From Candidatus Poribacteria bacterium (GTDB lineage: Bacteria; Poribacteria; WGA-4E; WGA-3G), in NCBI GenBank assembly GCA_963663765.2, contig CAXXUA010000014.1, forward strand, positions 1-34,304: 34,304 nucleotides of DNA, in the 5' to 3' direction. Made by a program: the position numbers and the translations under genes. Shown here in pieces: positions 26,479 through 34,304 of this stretch (position 1 is its first letter; each line of letters opens with the position of its first letter). Under the pieces are notes generated by a model. The model searched no databases and was not told where the DNA came from. It saw only the letters and a list, made by a program, of their open reading frames with translations.

Positions 26479-28016
26479 TGGAAGAAACAAAATCAACAAC
26501 AAACATACTCATAAAAGTCGCAAGTCTCTTATTAATGCTGGTGAGTTTCATTGCTTTTATTGCGAAAGCTCCCGCTTTTCCCATTGCATCTGAAAACTTG
26601 TTACCTTGGTCGGTATGGTTCCTCATAGCAATCCTTGTAAATATGGTTGTATGGGGCATGGTTGTGAAACTGATGACTTATGTATTGGCAATAATCTGGT
26701 TTTTTGCGTTAATTGCCGCGTGGGTGCCAGACACATCAACAGTTACCGCAACGTTGACAGAATTGGATTGGGAGGATCCGGATGGGGTTGTAGAGTTCGG
26801 TGAAGCAATCTTTAAAAGCAAAGGTCAGTGTAGTGCATGTCACACTTTAGACACCACTGCACCGAAAGGTAGATGTCCTGATTTAACTGACATCGGAATC
26901 AATGCTGCAAATAGAGAACCCGGTAAAGATGCAAGAACATATCTCATTGAGTCTCTGTATGAACCGAGTAAATATTTAGTGCCAGGATACGGTAAAATCA
27001 TGCCTGAAGTATGGAAAAATCCGATAGCACTCACAAAGATTGAAATTGCAGCGGTCATTGCATTCTTAGAAAGCCAAGGCGGTGAAGTTAATCCGACACT
27101 TTTTGACGAACCTATTGATAGAGCTGAAATTGGAGCAGCTGCAGAAGCACTGCCACCATTACTCACCGGTGATCCTGAAGAAGGCAAAAGGGTATTTATA
27201 GACGTAGCTTGTATCTCCTGTCACGAAATCCAAGGATTAGAGAACCCAAAGGCAGGAGAAGTTAATGAAGATTTTGAAGTTGTCACTGCACCAGAACTGA
27301 CAGAAATTGCAGCTTTGAACAGTATGCGATATATTGAGGAGTCAATCCTACTACCTGACAAAGAAATTGTCCCAGGTTATGGCACAGTAACAGTGTTGTC
27401 GAAAGGCGTAACCTACCAAGGCACGCTTGTCTCACAGGATACAGAACAGATCGTTGTCCGGACCAAAGCAGATGATGGAACAGAAACCGAACACACAATT
27501 CTTTTGAGCGACCTTGATGAAGAACCGATTGAAGACCTGACGGATCTCAAAGGTAGAGGTTATTTGACATTAACAATAACACCTATTGACACTGACACAC
27601 CCGTAAGCGGAGAGATCGTTGAGGAAAGCGATACGACAGTAACGCTAAAGGTCGGTGACGAAACGCAAACAGTTTCTAAGACAGATGTGAAAAAGCAGAT
27701 GACACTTCACCATTATGATGAAAATCAAACAGTAGTAGGTGAATTAGTATCAAAGGACGAATTTGAGATCGTTCTAATCGTTGATGGAAATGAAGAGAGT
27801 TTTGATACGTTTGATTGGAATGAAGATAAATCTGTTTTAGCATCCGCTTATGGTACAAGATTGGAGGTTAAATCTCCAATGCCAACGAACTTCCCCGATC
27901 TTTTGAGTCTTCGGGAAATGGCGGACTTAATTGCATACCTAAGCACATTAACAGGTGCTACAGAAGAAGAAACTAATGAGGCATCAAGCGATACACAGGA
28001 AGAAGTCACGGAATAA
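26475..28016 (+). CDS. Membrane-bound diheme cytochrome c
   Basis: It has about 3 N-terminal TM helices, CSACH...IMP and CISCH...SPMP. It overlaps the previous stop codon (ATGA). Confidence 0.9.
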   Translation: MMEETKSTTNILIKVASLLLMLVSFIAFIAKAPAFPIASENLLPWSVWFLIAILVNMVVWGMVVKLMTYVLAIIWFFALIAAWVPDTSTVTATLTELDWEDPDGVVEFGEAIFKSKGQCSACHTLDTTAPKGRCPDLTDIGINAANREPGKDARTYLIESLYEPSKYLVPGYGKIMPEVWKNPIALTKIEIAAVIAFLESQGGEVNPTLFDEPIDRAEIGAAAEALPPLLTGDPEEGKRVFIDVACISCHEIQGLENPKAGEVNEDFEVVTAPELTEIAALNSMRYIEESILLPDKEIVPGYGTVTVLSKGVTYQGTLVSQDTEQIVVRTKADDGTETEHTILLSDLDEEPIEDLTDLKGRGYLTLTITPIDTDTPVSGEIVEESDTTVTLKVGDETQTVSKTDVKKQMTLHHYDENQTVVGELVSKDEFEIVLIVDGNEESFDTFDWNEDKSVLASAYGTRLEVKSPMPTNFPDLLSLREMADLIAYLSTLTGATEEETNEASSDTQEEVTE

Positions 28017-28063
28017 CACATAGTAGAGATTTTAGTTAGACAATGTGCAAATAGAGGTAAACC

Positions 28064-28840
28064 ATGAGAAAGCCATCGCTTTTCACAATATGTTTTGCAA
28101 TATTCATCGTATGTTGGGTGTTTTTCCGATTTTTCGTCGGCGGTGTTATCTCAAAACCGATACCAAATAGCGTGATTGCGATGTATATGGCATTGGTCTT
28201 CATCGCAATTTTGGTGCATATCTCTGTGGAAGACACAAGGTTTCGGGAGTTTCTACGTCCTATTCACGAGACACTCGTTGATGAGAACCGTAGTACCCGC
28301 AGAGTTGTTTTGGCAGTATTGATCCCGCTTCTTATGCTCGGATTTACCTACACTAATATTGCCCAAAAGGCGAATCCTCCAGGAGACCCCCGGACAGTAC
28401 ATCCAACACCGCCAGACAACTTGATGTACAAAGATATAGTTCTTGGTACAATGGATGAGTCAGAAAACCCTTTTCGGCATTATGAGAAGGATGATCCTGA
28501 TGCGTATAAATCCCATGTAGAGAAGGGCAGAGCAGTCTATTATCAAAATTGTTTTTTTTGTCATGGTGACAATCTTGATGGTAAGGGGCATTTTGCAGAT
28601 GCGTTGAATCCGTTGCCTGCGAATTTTCAGGACCCGGGTGTTCTACCTAATTTCTCAGAATCATTCTTTTTCTGGCGGATTAGCAAAGGTGGACCTGGAA
28701 TGCCTGCATCTGGCACACCTTGGAATTCTGCTATGCCTGTCTGGGAAGAGTATCTAACACAAGACGAAATATGGGAAGTTATTCTGTTCTTATCCGACTA
28801 CACTGGCAATAAACCGCGCACCTTTGGGGAGGGTCACTAA
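28064..28840 (+). CDS. Membrane-bound monoheme cytochrome c
   Basis: It has three TM helices and CFFCHGDNLDGKG...FWRISKGG...SAMPVW. Confidence 0.9.
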   Translation: MRKPSLFTICFAIFIVCWVFFRFFVGGVISKPIPNSVIAMYMALVFIAILVHISVEDTRFREFLRPIHETLVDENRSTRRVVLAVLIPLLMLGFTYTNIAQKANPPGDPRTVHPTPPDNLMYKDIVLGTMDESENPFRHYEKDDPDAYKSHVEKGRAVYYQNCFFCHGDNLDGKGHFADALNPLPANFQDPGVLPNFSESFFFWRISKGGPGMPASGTPWNSAMPVWEEYLTQDEIWEVILFLSDYTGNKPRTFGEGH

Positions 28841-28842
28841 GA

Positions 28843-30597
28843 ATGAAAAAAAGAAATTATACCCTCATACTCACAATATTAGGTATGTTTTTTATTGTCC
28901 CCTTTATCATTGCGCAGGATACTGCAGATGATACTGCGGAAGCACAAAATGCCGCAGCAGGAAAAGCGGTATATGATAACAGTTGCGCGCACTGCCACGG
29001 TATTGAAGGACGCGGGGATGGAAGTGCAGCAGAAAACCTTTTACCACAACCCAGAGATTTCACACGTGGTTTATATAAAATACGTTCAACAGAAAGCGGT
29101 GAGCTGCCAACCGATCAAGATCTGTTTGATATTATTACAGAAGGTATGCCAGGAACTTCTATGCCAGAATGGGAAACTGCTTTAGATGCAGATGAACGTT
29201 GGCAAGTTGTGGCATATATTAAGACCTTCTATGAAGGTTTTAAGGAAAGTGAAACTACACCTAAAGAAATCCGTTTAGCAGGTAAAATTCCTTACTCTGA
29301 AGAGAGTATTGAAATTGGCAAAGAACTATATACGCAATTCGCGTGTTATGAATGCCACGGCGATGAAGGACGAGGCGATGGCACATCTGCCCCCACGTTG
29401 AGAGATGAGTGGGACTATAAGAGTTGGCCAGCAAATCTTCACCAAAATTGGAATTACAGAGGCGACAACGATATTGACGATATTTACAAGCGGTTCATCG
29501 GTGGTATTGCAGGTTCCGCAATGCCTATGTTTGATGACCCCGCCTTCGGATTATCTATTGAAGAAGCCAGACGTTATAACCAATTGGACAATATGGGTGA
29601 AATGACAGATGCTGAGGAAGAAGAATATACAGGACTTGCGGATAAAATGGAAAACGCTTTTGAGATCTTAGATATTATGAATGCAGATGAAGGCGATGAA
29701 GAACAAAGAAAGTTCTATGAAGAATCAATGAAGGCGTTTTATGAAAAAAGTTGGCATCTTGCGAACTATGTAAAATCGCTATCACCAGAGAAACGTCCTG
29801 AGGCAGCGATTGGTAAAAACTCGCTCCGATCACAATATGTAGAAGGTGAGTTGCCGTCGATGGACGATGTTGTATGGGATGATCTTGAAGCAAGCTACTT
29901 TCCGCTTGTTGGACAGATAATCATTGAACCGAGACAGTTCAACCCTACAATTGACTCTGTCAACGTCAAATCCTACTATAACGACACACATGTTGCATTT
30001 CTGTTTATATGGGATGACCGCACACATAATACTGCAGAAGAAGAAAACGAAGATACAGGTAAAACCTATGAGGACGCAATTGCAATTCAGTTTCCGGTGA
30101 AAATCCCAAAAGGTCCGACATCACCGAAACCTTATTTCCTTTGGGGTGGAAAATTGCCTGTATATCTGTGGCACTGGCAAGCTTCTGCACCAGAAAAAAC
30201 TACAGAACTTACAGCAAAAGGCATCAATAATGCCACGATTCAAGATGTCCAAACGGATATTCAAACTGAGAGTACGTATTCAAAGGGACAATATAAACTG
30301 TGGATCAAACGTTCAATTAAAACTGAAGATAAAAAAGATCTACAGTTGGAACCAGGTGTATTTGCACCTATAGCCTTTTCTGTATGGGATGGAGCGAATG
30401 GTGATGTTGGCACAAAACGGGTGATCTCAAGTTGGTATTCTTTTGTGTTGGAACCTATTCCATCATCCAAAAGATTTATTTATCCACCTATAGTGGCGTT
30501 GCTCTCTTTAGGTTTGCTAATCGGTTTACGAGGTTTTGTGCAACGCAGAAACACAGAATTGAACAATACAAACGATGAAAATAATAGGGACAAGTAA
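28843..30597 (+). CDS. Diheme cytochrome c fused to an ethylbenzene-dehydrogenase-gamma-like (EB_dh, heme b) domain, with a C-terminal TM anchor
   Basis: The cytochrome part has CAHCH...PRDFTRG...SMP and CYECH...AMP. The C-terminal part has WDD.T...DAIAIQFP...WHW...IAFSVWDG...KRVISSW. Confidence 0.87.
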   Translation: MKKRNYTLILTILGMFFIVPFIIAQDTADDTAEAQNAAAGKAVYDNSCAHCHGIEGRGDGSAAENLLPQPRDFTRGLYKIRSTESGELPTDQDLFDIITEGMPGTSMPEWETALDADERWQVVAYIKTFYEGFKESETTPKEIRLAGKIPYSEESIEIGKELYTQFACYECHGDEGRGDGTSAPTLRDEWDYKSWPANLHQNWNYRGDNDIDDIYKRFIGGIAGSAMPMFDDPAFGLSIEEARRYNQLDNMGEMTDAEEEEYTGLADKMENAFEILDIMNADEGDEEQRKFYEESMKAFYEKSWHLANYVKSLSPEKRPEAAIGKNSLRSQYVEGELPSMDDVVWDDLEASYFPLVGQIIIEPRQFNPTIDSVNVKSYYNDTHVAFLFIWDDRTHNTAEEENEDTGKTYEDAIAIQFPVKIPKGPTSPKPYFLWGGKLPVYLWHWQASAPEKTTELTAKGINNATIQDVQTDIQTESTYSKGQYKLWIKRSIKTEDKKDLQLEPGVFAPIAFSVWDGANGDVGTKRVISSWYSFVLEPIPSSKRFIYPPIVALLSLGLLIGLRGFVQRRNTELNNTNDENNRDK

Positions 30598-30630
30598 TAC
30601 CCTATACCTACAATCATAAAGGAGAAAAAA

Positions 30631-31437
30631 ATGAAAACGAGAATGTTTGCATGCCTTGCACTTCTTATCGCATGTGGTTTCTGTATAATTGTATTTGCAG
30701 ACAATCACGAAGAAGAAGATATGAATAAACTTGTTTTTCCAGAAGCATATAAAATAGAGGCAGTTGCTAACGGAGGAAAAATAAGTGGCGTTGTAAAGTT
30801 TGATGGCGAAGTGCCTGAAAAGAAAAAACTCGCAATCAATAAAGACCCAGCAGTTTGTGATACTGTTGCTAAGTACGATGAGTCACTTGTCGTTGGTGAA
30901 GGTAACGTTTTGAAAAACACGATTGTTTATCTGATGGACGTTACCAAAGGTAAAGATTTTGATAAGGATGCAAAAGTAGAACTTGACCAAAAGGATTGCC
31001 GATTTGATCCGCATGTGCAGATTATTCCTGTTGGTGCAACATTGACAGTTTTGAATAGTGACAAGGCAACACACAATGTACATATCTTCGGGACTAAGAA
31101 AAACAATACTTCTGTGAACAAACAACAACCAAGAACACGCAAAAAAATGCGGTTGTCACGTGAAGGTGTCGCCAAGGGACCGGAAGGACCAGTTGAAGTC
31201 AAATGTGATATCCACGGATGGATGAGAGCCTGGGTCGCCTATGTACCACATCCCTATTTTGCTGTGACAAACGAAAAGGGTGAATTCACACTTGAAGATG
31301 TCCCAGCAGGCACATATAAGTTGGGTTATTGGCATGAAATGTGTGGTACAAATAATAAAGAACCGGTCGCTATTACAGTTGAAGCGGGTGGAGAAGTCAA
31401 ACAGGAGTTTACACTTAAAGTTAAAGAATCCAAGTGA
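30631..31437 (+). CDS. Secreted carboxypeptidase-regulatory-like/cupredoxin-like domain protein
   Basis: It has a signal peptide, DQKDCRFDPHV, HNVH, CDIHGWM, HPYFAVT..KGEF and YWHE. Confidence 0.82.
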   Translation: MKTRMFACLALLIACGFCIIVFADNHEEEDMNKLVFPEAYKIEAVANGGKISGVVKFDGEVPEKKKLAINKDPAVCDTVAKYDESLVVGEGNVLKNTIVYLMDVTKGKDFDKDAKVELDQKDCRFDPHVQIIPVGATLTVLNSDKATHNVHIFGTKKNNTSVNKQQPRTRKKMRLSREGVAKGPEGPVEVKCDIHGWMRAWVAYVPHPYFAVTNEKGEFTLEDVPAGTYKLGYWHEMCGTNNKEPVAITVEAGGEVKQEFTLKVKESK

Positions 31438-32354
31438 GTAAAAATACGATTACGGTCGAAAATATAACGCACCATTACGGGACACGGTGTGCGTTAGACG
31501 ATGTAAGTTTGACCGTATCTCAAGGTGAGGTATTTTGCCTACTCGGACCGAATGGTAGCGGAAAAACAACCCTTTTTAAAATCCTGTCTACGTTGATGCC
31601 ACTTACATCTGGCACAGTCAACATACTCGGATTTGATTTGCACACTAAGGCAAAAGCAATACGGAAATTAATGGGGGTTGTTTTTCAACATCCAGCACTT
31701 GACATAAAACTCACTGTTAGGGAAAACTTACGACATCACGGACATCTATATGGACTTCACGGCAAAAGTCTGAGCCACCGAATTTCTGAACTGCTTGACA
31801 AGTTTGGTATAGATGATAGAGCAAATGACCTTGTTGAGAAATTATCTGGAGGATTACAAAGGCGCGTAGAAATCGCTAAAGCTATGCTGCATTCACCAAA
31901 AGTCTTACTGCTTGATGAACCGAGCAGCGGGTTGGATGCAGGTGTTCGGCGACAACTCTGTGAATATCTTAAACTACTTGCAGAGACAGAAGGCATCCTT
32001 ATTCTACTCACAACACATTTGTTGGATGAAGCAGACGAATGCACAAGAGTCGGTATTTTGGATAATGGTAAGTTAGTTGCTATCGGAACACCTGAAGAAC
32101 TCAAGGCACAAATTGGGGGTGATGTGGTACTGATAGAAAGCGATAACAGAGAAACACTCCACACAGCAATCGTTGACAAGTTTGATGTTTCGCCAGTATT
32201 TGTAGAGGACCGTTTGAGCATTGAATGTGAAAAGGCACATGAGTTTGTGAGGGATGTTGTTGCTGCGTTTCCTGATGATATTCAGACGGTTCGTTTCGGT
32301 AAACCGACATTAGAGGACGTGTTCATCAAGTTGACAGGAAACCCTTTTGCGTAA
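31434..32354 (+). CDS. ABC transporter ATP-binding protein (DrrA/ABC-2 type)
   Basis: Motifs GPNGSGKTT, LSGG, LLLDEP, TTH and C-terminal PTLEDVF. Confidence 0.95.
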   Translation: MSKNTITVENITHHYGTRCALDDVSLTVSQGEVFCLLGPNGSGKTTLFKILSTLMPLTSGTVNILGFDLHTKAKAIRKLMGVVFQHPALDIKLTVRENLRHHGHLYGLHGKSLSHRISELLDKFGIDDRANDLVEKLSGGLQRRVEIAKAMLHSPKVLLLDEPSSGLDAGVRRQLCEYLKLLAETEGILILLTTHLLDEADECTRVGILDNGKLVAIGTPEELKAQIGGDVVLIESDNRETLHTAIVDKFDVSPVFVEDRLSIECEKAHEFVRDVVAAFPDDIQTVRFGKPTLEDVFIKLTGNPFA

Positions 32355-32376
32355 TAACTCTTGTAGGAAGGTTTTA

Positions 32377-32513
32377 TATAGTGAAATATACAATTAAGTT
32401 TACACTTGTTCTGTAGGAGGGATCTCCGAATCGCGACTGAACGTCTTGATAGTCGGGAATCGGAGTTCCCTCCTACACCTGAAAGTATAAAAATAATTCT
32501 AAAATCTACTATA
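32377..32513. mobile_element. IS630-type MITE enclosing a REP doublet
   Basis: The left end TATAGTGAAATATACAATTAAGTTTACA matches the IS630 end at 795-822 (24/28). The right end is ...CTACTATA. The internal 27-bp inverted arms are at 32412-32438 and 32451-32477. Confidence 0.82.
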
Positions 32514-32564
32514 ATTCAGATTGTTTTGGATACAGACTCGTTTATGCTGTAGAGGAAGAACGAT

Positions 32565-33344
32565 TTGATCAACGTTCTGTTACCTGTTTCAACGATTTGG
32601 TGGCGTGAAATCATCAGGTTTTATCGGCAACGTAGTCGTCTTTTCAGTGCAATTGCGCAACCTTTTGTGTTTTGGATTCTCATCGGAACAGGTCTGAGTG
32701 CTTCATTTAAGCCTTCTGGCATATCAGAACAGACTGGGTATATTGAATACTTTTATCCCGGAATTGTTGTTTTAGTCTTGCTATTTACCGCCATATTCGC
32801 TACAATCTCTGTTGTGAATGAGCGGCGCGAAGGTTTTCTGCAGGGTGTACTTGTTGCCCCGGTTGCAAGATGGGGTATTGTTCTTGGACAAGCATTAGGA
32901 GGAACCACCTTAGCACTTCTACAAGGTTCACTTCTGTTATTCCTCGCGCCATTGATCGGAATTAAATTTGGGATTACATCTTTGGTTTTAACGTTAGGGG
33001 TGATGGCACTTTTAGCGTTTGGCTTGACTAATCTCGGACTGCTGATCGCATGGCGGATGGACTCTACACAAGGTTTTCATGCGATAATGAACCTTATACT
33101 CATTCCAATATGGCTGCTATCTGGTGCGTTTTTTCCAAGTGCTGGAGCACCCAGTTGGTTGGCATGGGTAATGAAACTAAATCCTTTAACCTATGGACTC
33201 GCTGCGTTGCGACGTTGTCTTTATTATGAAACAGCAACAACTGGCAACATACCAACGTTGATACTTTCTTTATTGATTATAACACTATTTAGTATATTGA
33301 CTTATTTGGGTGCTACACTGACTGCTTCAACAAAAACATACTAA
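32565..33344 (+). CDS. ABC-2 type transporter permease
   Basis: It has about 6 TM helices, WWREIIRF, ERREGFL..VLVAP, LSGAFFP and LNPLTY. Confidence 0.93.
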   Translation: MINVLLPVSTIWWREIIRFYRQRSRLFSAIAQPFVFWILIGTGLSASFKPSGISEQTGYIEYFYPGIVVLVLLFTAIFATISVVNERREGFLQGVLVAPVARWGIVLGQALGGTTLALLQGSLLLFLAPLIGIKFGITSLVLTLGVMALLAFGLTNLGLLIAWRMDSTQGFHAIMNLILIPIWLLSGAFFPSAGAPSWLAWVMKLNPLTYGLAALRRCLYYETATTGNIPTLILSLLIITLFSILTYLGATLTASTKTY

Positions 33345-33397
33345 GAACGCACACCTAATAGATACTTTTATTTACGATTTTGGAAAAGGAGAAATGA

Positions 33398-34057
33398 ATG
33401 TTTAGATTGGGTCCAGAAAATATATCAAAGTACGCGCAAGGTGTAGATAATCTCTATACACTCATATTTTGGATTACATTCGTGGTTCTTGTGCTGGTGT
33501 TTGCCACACTGATTGCATTCCTAATTTTGTATCGGCATAGGGAAGGACGTCGTGCTGAGTACATTGAAGGGAGTACGAAACTTGAAATCATTTGGACAAC
33601 TGCTACAACGGTGATTGTGTTCGGACTGGCAATGCTCAGTTTCCCACAATGGAACCAACTGAAAGGAACACCCGAAAATGCAGACTACGTCGTTCAGGTC
33701 CAAGGAGAACAATTCAACTGGTTTATGATCTACCCCGGTCCAGACAATGAATTCGGAACAGATGATGATCTGAAAATAGAAAATGAATTGTATGTACCAA
33801 TAGATAAGGATATACAAATAGAATTAACCTCTATTGATGTGATTCACAGTTTTTTTATTCCAAATTTGCGATTGAAACAGGACGCACTGCCCAATAGAGT
33901 CCTTAGAAACATCATGTTTAACGCACAGAAACCAGGTCGTTATGAAATTCCGTGTGCTGAACTTTGTGGGTTTGGACACGCAGAAATGCGTGGTTATCTC
34001 ATTGTTAAAACACAAGAAGAATATGATGCATGGGTTCAGGAACAGTGGCCAGAATAA
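33398..34057 (+). CDS. coxB: Cytochrome c oxidase subunit II
   Basis: It has two TM helices with LEIIWT and the CuA ligands DVIHSF and CAELCGFGHAEM. Confidence 0.96.
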   Translation: MFRLGPENISKYAQGVDNLYTLIFWITFVVLVLVFATLIAFLILYRHREGRRAEYIEGSTKLEIIWTTATTVIVFGLAMLSFPQWNQLKGTPENADYVVQVQGEQFNWFMIYPGPDNEFGTDDDLKIENELYVPIDKDIQIELTSIDVIHSFFIPNLRLKQDALPNRVLRNIMFNAQKPGRYEIPCAELCGFGHAEMRGYLIVKTQEEYDAWVQEQWPE

Positions 34058-34123
34058 GAAACCCAAGCGACTTGATAAAAATTCGAATCATGATTGTAAG
34101 ATCACGAAAGGAGTAAATTAGCA

Positions 34124-34304
34124 ATGCAAGAAAACGAAAATATATCACATGATAATGACGATGATGAACAGCACGAACATGCACATGACGACAACGATGC
34201 CGAACAACACACACACGAGCATGATGATGATGGACAACACGAGCATGCGCATCATCATGAAGAGGGTTTTATACGAAAATACATCTTTTCGCTTGATCAT
34301 AAAA
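34124..34304 (+). CDS. coxA: Cytochrome c oxidase subunit I, 5' fragment (truncated by the window end; not in the ORF track)
   Basis: ATG 34124 follows AAAGGAG. It reads MQENENISHDNDDDEQHEHAH...EEGFIRKYIFSLDHK; FSxDHK is the usual subunit I N-terminal motif, and the gene follows coxB. Confidence 0.85.
   Translation, partial: MQENENISHDNDDDEQHEHAHDDNDAEQHTHEHDDDGQHEHAHHHEEGFIRKYIFSLDHK

Noticed and set aside
28843-30597. Calling this nxrC or inferring nitrite oxidation
   Set aside because: The architecture resembles Nitrospira candidate gamma subunits, but no molybdopterin or Fe-S catalytic subunits are in the window.

Overview
This AT-rich bacterial window has three parts. The gene content and one C-terminal protein motif suggest a PVC-like or Candidatus Poribacteria organism, which is an inference. 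(1) 1-5600 is an accessory region holding a frameshifted IS630 remnant, a MITE-disrupted pseudogene, a CaCA Na+/Ca2+ antiporter, and a 2-kb nest of inverted-repeat mini-elements and GTAG-type REP hairpins around a GC-rich tandem array of 21 REP units. (2) 5730-17228 is a planctomycete-type cluster: cytochrome c-WD40 protein, sulfatase, secreted protein, DUF1549/DUF1553, Tat-exported DUF1501 and a PPC-domain protein. Its first gene very probably reads through an in-frame TGA as selenocysteine into an HMA domain (GMT-U-GAC, with a SECIS-like hairpin). (3) 17364-end is a large co-oriented respiratory cluster: Rieske protein, split b6/subunit IV-type cytochrome b, an octaheme cytochrome c, a CydA-like bd-like oxidase with no CydB nearby, mono- and diheme cytochromes, a cytochrome c-EB_dh fusion, two cupredoxin-like paralogues, an ABC-2 exporter, coxB and the start of coxA. 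The top observations are the Sec-HMA fusion, a 144-bp MITE that inserts into REP hairpins with 17-bp target duplications, REP hairpins repeatedly enclosed by different terminal inverted repeats, and the Nitrospira-like respiratory supercluster. All family calls come from motif recognition; no searches were run.
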